This document shows, piece by piece, positions 46,469 through 55,439 of a stretch of 64,000 bases of DNA. The DNA is taken from contig CBFGIT010000011.1 in the NCBI GenBank assembly GCA_965648905.1, positions 3,810-67,809 on the forward strand. The letters are read 5' to 3'. Made by a program: the position numbers and the translations under genes. This stretch comes from a candidate division WOR-3 bacterium. Its GTDB lineage: Bacteria; Hydrothermota; Tepidihabitantia; Tepidihabitantales; Tepidihabitantaceae. Each line of letters starts with the position of its first letter. Position 1 is the stretch's first letter. The notes beneath the pieces were generated by a model, which worked only from the letters and a program-made list of their open reading frames with translations, ran no database searches and had not been told where the DNA came from.

Positions 46469-47527
46469 GTGATCCCCAGTCGTAAGTCCAAGGCGGTCGG
46501 GCTCTTCTCCGGAGGCCTCGACAGCATCCTTGCCACTCGACTGATTGCCGAACAGGGCGTAACCGTAGTTGCGCTCAATTTCCGGGGGCCGTTCGATATC
46601 GCCGGTCAAACCCCGTCTGAAGAGCGACTGAGCAGGATGGCGCAACTGCTTGGCGCAAGCCTTGTCTCCCTTGAGCTGGGCGACGACTATCTGCAACTGG
46701 TCCGCAAGCCGGCACTGGGCTATGTCCGGCAGATGGCGCCGTGTCTTGACTGTATCATCCACATGCTGGTCAAAGCCAAACAACTGGCCCGGGAAATCCA
46801 TGCCGACTTCGTCTTCACCGGCGAAGTGGTTGGGCAGCGGACGATGTGCCAGAACAAGCGGGCTCTGAAGACAGTTGAGCGGGCCGCCGGGCTTGAGGGC
46901 AGGCTGCTCCGGCCGCTTTCGGCCAAGCTGCTTGAACCCACCATCCCGGAACTGACCGGATTGGTCCGGCGTGAACGGCTGCTCGACCTGAAGGGCAAGG
47001 GCCGGCGCCGACAAATCCGTCTCGCCCATGAGTTCGGCATCTTCGATTATCCGATTCCCGGCATCGGCTGCATGCTCCTCGACAAGAACTTCGCAGCCCG
47101 GGCGCGAGAACTGGTCAGCCACGACCAGTTGACGCTGAATGACATCGGTCTGCTGAAAGTCGGACGCCACTTCCGGCTTGACTCCGGTGCCAAGGTGATC
47201 GTCGGCCGCAATGAGCAGGAGAATCACGCGCTCGAGTCCTCGGCCCAGCCTGACGACGTCATCTGCAAGCCGGTCGAGGTAATGGGACCGACCGTGCTCA
47301 TTCGTGCCCGAAAACAGACCAAGAAGGATGCCGACATCGCCGTGCGCATCGCCGCCCGGTTCAGCGACGCGCCCGAGGGCAAGGCGGTCAAGTTCGCCTG
47401 CGGCGAAAAGACGATGTCGGTCAAGCCCTATGCTGATGAGGACATGGCTGCCTGGCGCATCCGCTACGTCGAGCCGCCCAGACCCGAGCCCAAGAAGCCG
47501 GCCGACAAGCCGAAGAAAGGCAAGTGA
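46469..47527 (+). CDS. PP-loop ATP pyrophosphatase family protein (tRNA sulfurtransferase-like)
   Basis: SGGLDS PP-loop at the N-terminus and a CLDC pair. Preferred over the antisense ORF 46412..47563. Confidence 0.55.
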   Translation: MIPSRKSKAVGLFSGGLDSILATRLIAEQGVTVVALNFRGPFDIAGQTPSEERLSRMAQLLGASLVSLELGDDYLQLVRKPALGYVRQMAPCLDCIIHMLVKAKQLAREIHADFVFTGEVVGQRTMCQNKRALKTVERAAGLEGRLLRPLSAKLLEPTIPELTGLVRRERLLDLKGKGRRRQIRLAHEFGIFDYPIPGIGCMLLDKNFAARARELVSHDQLTLNDIGLLKVGRHFRLDSGAKVIVGRNEQENHALESSAQPDDVICKPVEVMGPTVLIRARKQTKKDADIAVRIAARFSDAPEGKAVKFACGEKTMSVKPYADEDMAAWRIRYVEPPRPEPKKPADKPKKGK

Positions 47528-47531
47528 GTAT

Positions 47532-47771
47532 ATGGATGATTCGACCCGGGACCTTGTGCGCAAGGTGCTTGACGAGCAGGTTCGCCCGAACCTGCAGATG
47601 GACGGCGGCGACGTCGAACTCGTCAGCGTGGGCGACGACGGGGTAGTTCAGTTGCGATTGACCGGTGCGTGCTCGGGCTGCCCGTTTTCCGCGCTGACCA
47701 TGGCGGTCAGCGTCGAGCGCGTCCTCAAGGAGAAAGTTCCGGGCGTCGTGCGGGTTCAGCCCGTGCCCTAG
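47532..47771 (+). CDS. NifU C-terminal (Nfu-like) Fe-S cluster carrier domain protein
   Basis: IRP.LQMDGGDVELV ... L.GACSGCP motif. Confidence 0.75.
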   Translation: MDDSTRDLVRKVLDEQVRPNLQMDGGDVELVSVGDDGVVQLRLTGACSGCPFSALTMAVSVERVLKEKVPGVVRVQPVP

Positions 47772-47797
47772 GGGCGTCGAGCCGCGCACGAAACCGT

Positions 47798-48526
47798 CTA
47801 GCGGCCTTGGGCCAGTCGGTCGGCCAGGTTCTGAGGCAGGCCGGCGGCTCGCATCTTCTTCTGAACCGACACAATGTCATACTCAACTCGATGGAACGAG
47901 AGCGTGCTGGTTCGTGAGTTGTAGATGACGGCGCTGGCGCGCGGGTCTCCGTCCCGGGGCTGGCCCACGCTGCCGACATTGACTAGGTATCGGGCTTCAG
48001 GCTTGAGTTCAAAGCTGTCTGCGATGACAAGCTGTGCCCGCTGACCAGGCAGCCGCTCGACCGCAAATGGGTGGTGCGAGTGGCCGACCAGGCAGACCCG
48101 GTCCGGGTAGTAGTCCATTTCCTCTTCGGCCTCAGCCAGACTCAGAAGATAGACCCACTCTTCGGGCTCGGACGGCGAGGCGTGGACGATGAGCATCGGG
48201 TCGAGCCGTTCGGCAAGCGGCAGATTCTCCAGGTAGACCCGGTTGACCGCGCTCAGTTTCTCCCGAGTCCAGAGCACCGCCGCGGCCGCGCTGTCGTTGA
48301 ATGCCCGAATTGAGGTCTTCCCGACCACGCCGTAGTCATGATTGCCCGCAACGCAGACCGTGTGCAGACTCCGAATCGTCTCGATGCAGCGATTCGGGTC
48401 CGGGCCATAGCCGACGATGTCGCCGCAGCAGACATACCTCGTCACGCCCCGGTCCTTCATCAACGCCAGCACCGCTTCCAGGGCAGCAAGATTCCCGTGG
48501 ATGTCGGAGAGGATGCCGGTCTTCAT
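47798..48526 (-). CDS. metallophosphoesterase (YfcE/MJ0936-like)
   Basis: SDIHGN ... CCGDIVGYG ... GNHD ... GHSH ... GS.GQPRDGD motifs. Confidence 0.75.
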   Translation of the reverse strand: MKTGILSDIHGNLAALEAVLALMKDRGVTRYVCCGDIVGYGPDPNRCIETIRSLHTVCVAGNHDYGVVGKTSIRAFNDSAAAAVLWTREKLSAVNRVYLENLPLAERLDPMLIVHASPSEPEEWVYLLSLAEAEEEMDYYPDRVCLVGHSHHPFAVERLPGQRAQLVIADSFELKPEARYLVNVGSVGQPRDGDPRASAVIYNSRTSTLSFHRVEYDIVSVQKKMRAAGLPQNLADRLAQGR

Positions 48527-48945
48527 TCGGCCCCCTGCTCTTTGCCCAGTTCGTGCAGCACGCCGTCGAGCACACCGTTGACGAACCGGCCGGCCTCGTC
48601 GTCACCGAACTTCTTGGCGATGTCTACCGCCTCGTTGATCGTCACCTTGGGCGGCACGTCGGCGAAGTAGAGCAGCTCGGCTGCAGCAACTCGGAGAATC
48701 GCCCGGTCGACGACGGTCAGCCGCTCCAGACGCCAGCGCCGCAGGTGCCGCCGCAGGATCGTGTCAATCTCCTGCTGGGAAGTCTGCACCGCGGCCACCA
48801 GCCGACGCAGGTAGCTCTCGGCATCGTCCGATGGATTCTTGCGCGCGACGATTTCCTCAATAGTTGAATCCGGGTCGTCGGCAACCAGGTCGAGGCGGTA
48901 CATCACCTCGAGTGCGCACTCACGGGCCAGACGACGATTGGTCAT
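48523..48945 (-). CDS. nusB: transcription antitermination factor NusB
   Basis: RE.A.Q.LY ... ILR.A..EL ... INEAV..AK.FG pattern. Follows ribH, as is common. Confidence 0.85.
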   Translation of the reverse strand: MTNRRLARECALEVMYRLDLVADDPDSTIEEIVARKNPSDDAESYLRRLVAAVQTSQQEIDTILRRHLRRWRLERLTVVDRAILRVAAAELLYFADVPPKVTINEAVDIAKKFGDDEAGRFVNGVLDGVLHELGKEQGAE

Positions 48946-48974
48946 GCCACCCCTTTCAGTCCTGGAAGTTGCTG

Positions 48975-49442
48975 CTAGTCGACGTCCTGCGCGGCCAGGT
49001 CGGCCATCTCGATTGCCGACAGGGTCGCGGTCCAGCCCTTATTGCCGGCTTTGGCCCCGGCCCGCTCCAACGCCTGTTCGAGCGTCTCCGCAGTGATGAT
49101 GCCGAAACTCGTCGGTACGCCGGTGTCGAGCGAAACCCGGGCCAGTCCTTTGGCGACCTCGGCCGAGATGTATTCGGCATGGGGCGTGTCGCCGCGAATC
49201 ACCGCGCCCAGACCGATGATTGCCTGGTACTTCCTGGTGCGGGCGGCACGAAGTGCGACCAGCGGTATCTCGTAAGCGCCCGGGACCCAGATGACGTCGG
49301 CCGCGGCCGCGTGGTGCCGCTCGAGACAGTCCCGAGCACCGTCGAGCAACTGCCGGCTGATAAGCTCGTTGAAACGTGACACCACGAGGCAGAACTTCCT
49401 GCCCTGGGCACTAAGCATGCCTTTGAACTCACGGGTTTCCAT
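48975..49442 (-). CDS. ribH: 6,7-dimethyl-8-ribityllumazine synthase
   Basis: VVSRFN ... VPGA.E.P ... LG.VIRG.T.H motifs. Confidence 0.9.
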   Translation of the reverse strand: METREFKGMLSAQGRKFCLVVSRFNELISRQLLDGARDCLERHHAAAADVIWVPGAYEIPLVALRAARTRKYQAIIGLGAVIRGDTPHAEYISAEVAKGLARVSLDTGVPTSFGIITAETLEQALERAGAKAGNKGWTATLSAIEMADLAAQDVD

Positions 49443-50718
49443 TTGCTACTCCTTTTGCCCGGCCGCGGCCGGCTGCCGGTCGCCCGAGCTCGGCCTCAAG
49501 GTCGCCGAGCAGGTGCCCGAGCCGGTCGCGCTTGGTAACCAGGTACTTGATGTTCTTCCTGTTCGGGCGCACAATTATCGGCACCCGTTCGACAATGTCC
49601 AGTCCGAACCCGCGCAACCCGACAAGCTTGCGCGGGTTGTTGGTGAGCAGTCTGATGCTTGAGAGCCCGAGGTCAGATAGAATCTGCGCCCCGATGCCGT
49701 AATCGCGCAGGTCCGGCTCAAACCCAAGCGCAACATTGGCCTGCACCGTGTCCAGGCCTCTGTCCTGCAGGGCATAGGCCTTGAGCTTGTTGGCCAGGCC
49801 GATGCCCCGGCCTTCCTGGCGCATGTAGAGGATGACCCCAAGGCCGGCGCGCGCAATCATCGCCATCGAACGGGCCAGTTGTGCGCCGCAATCGCAGCGC
49901 AGGGAATGAAACACGTCCCCGGTCAGGCACTGCGAATGGACCCGCACCAGCACGCGCTCCTGTCCACGCACCTCGCCCCGGATGAGCGCGAGGTGAGCGT
50001 AAGGCTCGACTACGTCTTCGTAGACAACGACCCGGAACTCCCCGAATTCGGTCGGCAATGTGGTCTCGACCACCGGCCGGACCAGCTTCTCCTGGCGGCG
50101 TCGAAACTCAATCAGGTCCCGGACCGCAACCATCTTCAGCCCGAACCGGCGGCTCAACCGCTCCAGCGCCCCGAGTCGAGCCATGCTGCCGTTATCGGCC
50201 ATCACCTCACACAACACCCCGGCTGGTTTGAGTCCGGCAAGCCGCGCCAGGTCGACCGCGGCCTCGGTGTGTCCGGCCCGAACCAGCACCCCGCCGTCCT
50301 TGGCGACAAGCGGGAAAACATGGCCGGGCCGCGCCAGGTCCGAGGGCTCTGTCTTCGGGTCAACCAACGCTCGAATCGTTGCGGCCCGGTCATGAGCCGA
50401 GATTCCGGTTGTTGTGCCCTGGACCGCATCAACCGACACCGTAAACGCCGTGCCGTGCAACGCCGTGTTCTCGCCCGCCTGGGCTTTGAGCCCAAGCGCA
50501 GCACAACGGTCAGCAGTCAGGGCCACGCAGATAAGACCCCGACCATACCGGGCCATGAAGTTGACCTTGGCCGGTGTCACCTTCTCGGCCGCACCGACCA
50601 GGTCGCCCTCATTCTCCCGGGCCTCGTCATCGACCACAACAATCAACCGTCCCCGACGCAGGTCCTGGAGTGCATCCTCAATCCGGGCGAACCGGACCGC
50701 TCTCTTCTTACCGGCCAC
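49429..50718 (-). CDS. ribBA: bifunctional 3,4-dihydroxy-2-butanone-4-phosphate synthase / GTP cyclohydrolase II
   Basis: DDEARENEGDLV (DHBP synthase) and HSQCLTGDVF.SLRCDCG (GCH II). The GTG at 50718 was chosen, and it overlaps the rfbB stop by 11 nt. The longer ORF upstream is Arg/Pro-rich shadow sequence. Confidence 0.85.
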   Translation of the reverse strand: MAGKKRAVRFARIEDALQDLRRGRLIVVVDDEARENEGDLVGAAEKVTPAKVNFMARYGRGLICVALTADRCAALGLKAQAGENTALHGTAFTVSVDAVQGTTTGISAHDRAATIRALVDPKTEPSDLARPGHVFPLVAKDGGVLVRAGHTEAAVDLARLAGLKPAGVLCEVMADNGSMARLGALERLSRRFGLKMVAVRDLIEFRRRQEKLVRPVVETTLPTEFGEFRVVVYEDVVEPYAHLALIRGEVRGQERVLVRVHSQCLTGDVFHSLRCDCGAQLARSMAMIARAGLGVILYMRQEGRGIGLANKLKAYALQDRGLDTVQANVALGFEPDLRDYGIGAQILSDLGLSSIRLLTNNPRKLVGLRGFGLDIVERVPIIVRPNRKNIKYLVTKRDRLGHLLGDLEAELGRPAAGRGRAKGVANGNP

Positions 50719-51766
50719 GACTGGAGCCCTTCCCTCTGGCCCGAGCGCCGAGGGTCTGTTCGTACCATCGATGGTAGAAATCCTGATAGGCCTTGCGCCG
50801 CCTGATTCTCTGCCACCAGGGTCTGTTGGCCTCATACCACTCGAGCGTGGCAACCAGGCCCTTGTCGAACCGGGTCCTCGCCTGCCAGCCCAGTACCCGG
50901 GCAGCCTTGCGCATATCGCAGACCAGCCGGGCAACATGGCCGGGCCGGTCCTTGACATGCTGGACAAGTCCAGCCGGCCGGCCCAGGTAACGGACGATTT
51001 CGCGGGCAATCTGCAGTGAACTCCGCTCCTCGCCTGAGCCGATATTGAAAACCTCACCCACGACCTTCCGGGCCGGTGCTTCAGCCGCAAGCCGCACTGC
51101 CCGGCACAGGTCGGCCACGTATGTCCAGTCGCGCGTGTTCCGGCCCGAGCCGTAGACGTAGAGCGGCCGGTTCTCCAGTGCGCTGGTGAAGAAGAACGGA
51201 ATAACCTTTTCCGGGTACTGATTCGGGCCATAGGCGTTGAACGGTCGCAGGATTGTGATGGGCAGGTTGTAGGTGTGATAGTAGGCCTGGCAGAGCCGGT
51301 CAGCCCCGGCCTTGGTTGCGGCGTACGGGCTCTGTGGCTCAATCGGGTGAGCTTCGCTCATCGGCACGGTGCGGGCCGAGCCGTAAACCTCGCAGGTCGA
51401 AATCTGCACGAACCGGTCGCCGGGATTGCGCCGGAACTCGTCGAGCAGCACCCAGGTTCCGACAAAATCGGTCCGGACAAACGGTGCGACGTCGTCAATC
51501 GATCGGTCGATGTGGGTCTCGGCAACAAAGTTGACGACCAGGTCCACGCCCCGCAGCGCGGCCCGCACCGCGGCCCGGTTGCAGACGTCGGCCCGCACAA
51601 ACTCAAACCGCGGGTTCTGCCAGCAGTCGGCAGGGAAGTTGTCGAGATTACCGCAATACGTCAGCTTGTCCAGGACCCGCACCTGCCAGCCCGGCTCGCC
51701 GAGCAACAGTCGGACGAAGTTCGAGCCGATGAACCCGGCTCCACCGGTAACCAGCGCTTTCGGCAT
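50708..51766 (-). CDS. rfbB: dTDP-glucose 4,6-dehydratase
   Basis: VTGGAGFIGSNF Rossmann motif, catalytic YxxxK (YAATKAGAD), and expected length. Confidence 0.9.
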   Translation of the reverse strand: MPKALVTGGAGFIGSNFVRLLLGEPGWQVRVLDKLTYCGNLDNFPADCWQNPRFEFVRADVCNRAAVRAALRGVDLVVNFVAETHIDRSIDDVAPFVRTDFVGTWVLLDEFRRNPGDRFVQISTCEVYGSARTVPMSEAHPIEPQSPYAATKAGADRLCQAYYHTYNLPITILRPFNAYGPNQYPEKVIPFFFTSALENRPLYVYGSGRNTRDWTYVADLCRAVRLAAEAPARKVVGEVFNIGSGEERSSLQIAREIVRYLGRPAGLVQHVKDRPGHVARLVCDMRKAARVLGWQARTRFDKGLVATLEWYEANRPWWQRIRRRKAYQDFYHRWYEQTLGARARGKGSSRGR

Positions 51767-52221
51767 CAGCCCTCTCTGATTCGCCAGTCGTAAGGGATTG
51801 CCGGGTCGTCCGGCGCACGGCGGAACTCGTCCGGCTGGTCGTGGTTGTAGACCTCGGTCGGGCAGTTGACCATGTACGCCGGCTCGGTGCCGACTCCTTT
51901 CATGCCGTGCAGCACGCCCGGCGGGATGCGGATGAGCATCGGGTTCTGCTCGCCGATGAAAAACTCCTGGACCTCGCCGTGGGTCGGCGAGTCGGCCCGG
52001 TCGTCGTAGAGCACAACCTTGGCCATCCCCTTGACGATGGCAAAGCAGTCGGTCTGCACCTTGTGGTAATGCCAGCCTTTGACCACACCCGGATAGACGA
52101 CTGACAAGTACACCTGGCCGAACTTCTCGAACAGCTCGTCGTCTGAACGCAGGATTTCCATTACCGCGCCGCGCTCGTCCGGGATGATGCGAAGCGGCTT
52201 GGTCTGAACGCCCTTAATCAT
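51766..52221 (-). CDS. rfbC: RmlC-like cupin (dTDP-4-dehydrorhamnose 3,5-epimerase family, short form)
   Basis: DERG ... KGWHYH ... D.F..V.G ... GV.HG motifs. Start moved to MIKGVQTKPL. Confidence 0.7.
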   Translation of the reverse strand: MIKGVQTKPLRIIPDERGAVMEILRSDDELFEKFGQVYLSVVYPGVVKGWHYHKVQTDCFAIVKGMAKVVLYDDRADSPTHGEVQEFFIGEQNPMLIRIPPGVLHGMKGVGTEPAYMVNCPTEVYNHDQPDEFRRAPDDPAIPYDWRIREG

Positions 52222-52229
52222 GGCGGCCA

Positions 52230-52257
52230 AGTATACCCGGACTGAGCGCAGATTCAA
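52230..52257 (-). promoter_or_regulatory. sigma70-like promoter TTGAAT-N16-TATACT, 8 nt upstream of the rfbC-like ATG
   Basis: Plus strand shows agtata at 52230-35 and attcaa at 52252-57. Confidence 0.5.
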
Positions 52258-52842
52258 GATTCGCCTGCCCAGGTTAGCGCAGTACAGTGACCGCAATCGC
52301 GGCTGCAGGCCGGCCCCACCGCGGTCTCGCCGGTGTGCGACATCATTCTGCCTTCCGGGTCGTGGGTTCTGATTTCCGGCTTCGCTTGGCTGCTCAACCG
52401 GCCCGAGCATGCCCAGACAGTTCGGCATCAAGGCACTGGTTTACACATATTGTAACCCCTCAACAACCGGCGGTTCAGCCTAACAATTTGGCGCACTGTG
52501 ACTTAGTTCACTACCGCATTTTACTGGGGTACGGTCTCCCTTGCCACTTGGAGCGCCGTTCTGCTCGTCGCAAGGAGAGCGGTTCGGCCGGCCCCGGTCG
52601 GCGTCGCTCGGGCCGACGCTTGCCCTGGCGTTCTCCCTGCCGCGGTGACTATCCCCGTGCCGGTCGCTCTGGTCCTGGCTCGGGTCTTGGCCGGCTGCGT
52701 CGCTCCGACCTGCGCTCGGGTTTCGGCTCTGACTGCGGCTCTGGTCGTGGTTCCGGTCGCGGTTGGCACCGCCGTCTGTCTCGCTGCTTCAGGTACTACG
52801 CCGCACTGTGAATCGCCGGTCAGGGTAGTGGCCGAGTCTCAC

Positions 52843-53202
52843 TTACTCCAGCCAAACCTCCACATGCTCGTCCTTGTCCTCGTCATGCACGTCAACAATC
52901 TTGCCGGTGATGCCCTTTTCCAGCGCCTCGGTCACCACCCGCATGTCGATTTCCTGCTCCTCGATTTTGGCCTTGGCCGAGGCCGGCATCATATGCATGC
53001 CCCATTTCACCAGGCCGATAGGCAGAGTGATGTTCACGTTGGGCCGGTCTGAGCCGGCCCGGCACACGCGGACCTTGAGGAACCGGTTGGCCCGGCCGCC
53101 TGAGTCGCTCTTGTTCAGAGCGTCGAGCAGCCGTGCCGCGTCGTCCGCGGTTATCTTCTTTTCTTCCAGCAGCTTCAATATCCGGGCTCGCTCGTCATTC
53201 AT
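52843..53202 (-). CDS. small protein with a SHOCT/LiaX-like N-terminal helix (MNDERARILKLLEEKKITADDAARLLDAL)
   Basis: Its N-terminal 30 aa are nearly identical to the start of the 53641..54534 product. ATGA overlap with the upstream gene. Confidence 0.5.
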   Translation of the reverse strand: MNDERARILKLLEEKKITADDAARLLDALNKSDSGGRANRFLKVRVCRAGSDRPNVNITLPIGLVKWGMHMMPASAKAKIEEQEIDMRVVTEALEKGITGKIVDVHDEDKDEHVEVWLE

Positions 53203-53456
53203 CTCGACCTCCGAATCTCGTTCAACGCTCGCTCCACGTCAATCCTGCCCGCCTCTAGGTCGGTAATGACCTGAGCCGCGCTCTTACGCCGGCACTGCCA
53301 GCGCCGCACCCGGCGGAAGATGATGTATGCGCCCAGTACGACAATGAGTAGCGGCCAGTCGCGGCGGAACACCATGTAGGGCACGCCCAGGGCCGAAAGC
53401 CATATCCACAGCCCCACGGCCACCATCACCGCGCCCGTCCATAACGCGCGCCTCAT
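53199..53456 (-). CDS. two-helix membrane protein (LiaF/LiaI-like TM region) with a charged tail
   Basis: GLWIWLSALGV ... RRDWPLLIVVLG pattern. The ATG at 53456 overlaps the upstream TGA (ATGA). Confidence 0.45.
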   Translation of the reverse strand: MRRALWTGAVMVAVGLWIWLSALGVPYMVFRRDWPLLIVVLGAYIIFRRVRRWQCRRKSAAQVITDLEAGRIDVERALNEIRRSR

Positions 53457-53641
53457 CCTCTCCTCCCGCGTCGAATCGCCCACGAGATCCCCTCGCCGAC
53501 TGTGAGCAGGCCGACGATGACGATAATCACCGGCCAATCGCGGCGGAAGACGATGCCCGACGTCACGACTCCAAGGTTGGCAAGCCATATCCACGTGCCG
53601 ATGGCCATAACGATCAGGCCCCAGATGATTGTCCGTACCAT
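53453..53641 (-). CDS. two-helix membrane protein (LiaF/LiaI-like TM region)
   Basis: GTWIWLANLGV ... RRDWPVIIVIVG. Paralogous to the next gene. Confidence 0.5.
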   Translation of the reverse strand: MVRTIIWGLIVMAIGTWIWLANLGVVTSGIVFRRDWPVIIVIVGLLTVGEGISWAIRRGRRG

Positions 53642-54534
53642 TAGTCCTCCTTTGAGCTACGAACCGTTATCTCGCCGGTGCGCGTGCGCAGCGCAATGCT
53701 CGCGCTGCCCGCACCGAACTTCACCTTCGCGTAGTTGTCGCGCTGCTCAAGCACTTCGTGCGGAGCAGCGAGGTCGAGCACGACTGCGCCGTCCTCGTCT
53801 GCCTTGGCCTCGAGCACCGCATCCTCGTCTGACCGCAATGCCAGGCTTATGTCGCCCGACTTGGTGGCGACCAGTCCCCGCACCGGTCCTGCAGCCTCGA
53901 CCTCGACATCGCCTGACCGGGTTTCAATCATGAGCTCGCCCTGTACGCCGGCCAGTTCCACGTCGCCCGATACCGTCGCGACCTCGGTCTGTCCGGCATG
54001 CTCGGCAATCTCCACGTCACCCGATACCGACTTCACCCAGACCTTGCCGTCGGTTCGGACGATTTCGACGTCACCGGATACGGTCGTGACCTCGCAGTCA
54101 GACCTAACCGGTACGCGGGCATCGACGTCGCTTGAGACTGAGCGGAAGTCAACCGAATCGTCGCCCTCCCTCACTTTGGCCATGCCGCCAGTGTAGCTTA
54201 GGCTCGTGGCGTTGCCTGTCTGCCCTTCGACCTCGACGTCGCCCGAGACGTTGCGCACGACCAGCACTCGCTTACCCGAGAACTGAACCCGACGCTCGTC
54301 CCCGGTTTCGAGACTGGACTGAACCGCCTTGCTGACCGCGTGGGCCACCATGTCCGGTATCCGGTCCAGCTCCTTCATCGCCAGGCGTCGATGCACGCGC
54401 GGCGGAACAACCGGCAGTTCGAACTCAGGTTCGTGTCGCCGGGAAGACAGGGCTTCAATCAGCCGCGCGGCCTGGTCTGCAGTTATCTTACCGTCCTCAA
54501 GCAACTTGAGGATTCTCGCTCTTTCGTCACTCAT
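53641..54534 (-). CDS. SHOCT-like N-terminus fused to a DUF4097 (Toastrack / putative adhesin) beta-helix
   Basis: Repeated (V/T)VSGDVE(I/V/L) rungs. Confidence 0.6.
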   Translation of the reverse strand: MSDERARILKLLEDGKITADQAARLIEALSSRRHEPEFELPVVPPRVHRRLAMKELDRIPDMVAHAVSKAVQSSLETGDERRVQFSGKRVLVVRNVSGDVEVEGQTGNATSLSYTGGMAKVREGDDSVDFRSVSSDVDARVPVRSDCEVTTVSGDVEIVRTDGKVWVKSVSGDVEIAEHAGQTEVATVSGDVELAGVQGELMIETRSGDVEVEAAGPVRGLVATKSGDISLALRSDEDAVLEAKADEDGAVVLDLAAPHEVLEQRDNYAKVKFGAGSASIALRTRTGEITVRSSKED

Positions 54535-54668
54535 CGTAACCTCCTGCTACCACGGTTCGTTCTTTTGGCCACCCGACACCCGACCTGAGTCGCCAGGCGC
54601 CATCTCGCACCGGCGGCCAATGCAATCCTGTCGCGTCACATCCAGGAGCCCTAACACCACGCTGGCCC

Positions 54669-55055
54669 CTAGTTCTCAGGGCTCCCGCCACGCAGCATCC
54701 TCTCGGCCTCCTCAGCCGTGACCTCACCGCGCTCGAGCATTTCGATGACCTCGTTACGGTCCACGCGCGATGCCTGCTCAGAGAACCCGAGCGCGGCCAG
54801 CACGCTATCAAGCCGGGACCGCACAGTCGGATACGAGATTCCCAGCTCCTTCTCCACGTCGCGAATCACGCCCCGGTTCTTGATGAATACGACCAGGAAC
54901 TGGTACAAGTCATCCGGCAGCCGACACAGGTCCGGCACCGGAAACCGACCCCGCACCGCGGTGCCGCACGACTCGCAGGTCAACTCGGAGACAGTCATGC
55001 CGGACTCACAGACCGGACACCGAGACACAAGCAGTTTCCTTGGCATTCCTAACAT
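54669..55055 (-). CDS. DUF2089-type zinc-ribbon + HTH protein
   Basis: CPVCESGM ... CESCG ribbon, then FIKNRGVIRDVEKELGISYPTVRSRLD (HTH). Start is either Met at 55055 or 55046. Confidence 0.6.
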   Translation of the reverse strand: MLGMPRKLLVSRCPVCESGMTVSELTCESCGTAVRGRFPVPDLCRLPDDLYQFLVVFIKNRGVIRDVEKELGISYPTVRSRLDSVLAALGFSEQASRVDRNEVIEMLERGEVTAEEAERMLRGGSPEN

Positions 55056-55060
55056 CCTTC

Positions 55061-55291
55061 TCAGTTCACGGCCGACGGTGAAGCAAGCGCGGCCACGCTG
55101 CGGCACGCACTCACATACACGGTATCAGTGACCAGACGCGGCATTTCCGCCCTCACGACCACCTCGGCCACGCGGCCCTGACCGTCTGCTTGGGCTTGGT
55201 GGCCGAAAGTCAGGCCCCACATCAACGCACCTGTAATCATGACAGCGGCTGTCATAGCTACTGCGAGGGCCGATTTCACTACATTCTTCAT
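55061..55291 (-). CDS. small hydrophobic N-terminus protein (76 aa), first gene of the operon
   Basis: ATG with a GGAG RBS. MKNVVKSALAVAMTAAVMITGALMW is a TM or signal segment. Confidence 0.35.
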   Translation of the reverse strand: MKNVVKSALAVAMTAAVMITGALMWGLTFGHQAQADGQGRVAEVVVRAEMPRLVTDTVYVSACRSVAALASPSAVN

Positions 55292-55411
55292 TGTAGTCTC
55301 CGTTCTTGGTTTGTTGAACTAAGTGAATGTATTTCCGCGCTGCGACTCATACCAAACGATATGCGCCCGAAGCAGCACTTGAAATTGTTGATGTTCACGT
55401 TCATCTTATTC

Positions 55412-55439
55412 ATTATACTAGTTAGATGCACGAAGTCAA
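55412..55439 (-). promoter_or_regulatory. consensus sigma70 promoter TTGACT-N16-TATAAT inside the AT-rich island
   Basis: Plus strand shows attata at 55412-17 and agtcaa at 55434-39. About 115 nt of AT-rich leader to the ATG at 55291. Confidence 0.55.

Noticed and set aside
52287-52811. 174-aa plus ORF and 82-aa minus ORF (52521..52769) in the low-complexity gap
   Set aside because: The peptides are Gly/Ser/Arg or Thr/Ala/Arg low-complexity with no RBS. They reflect hexamer periodicity of the DNA, not convincing genes.
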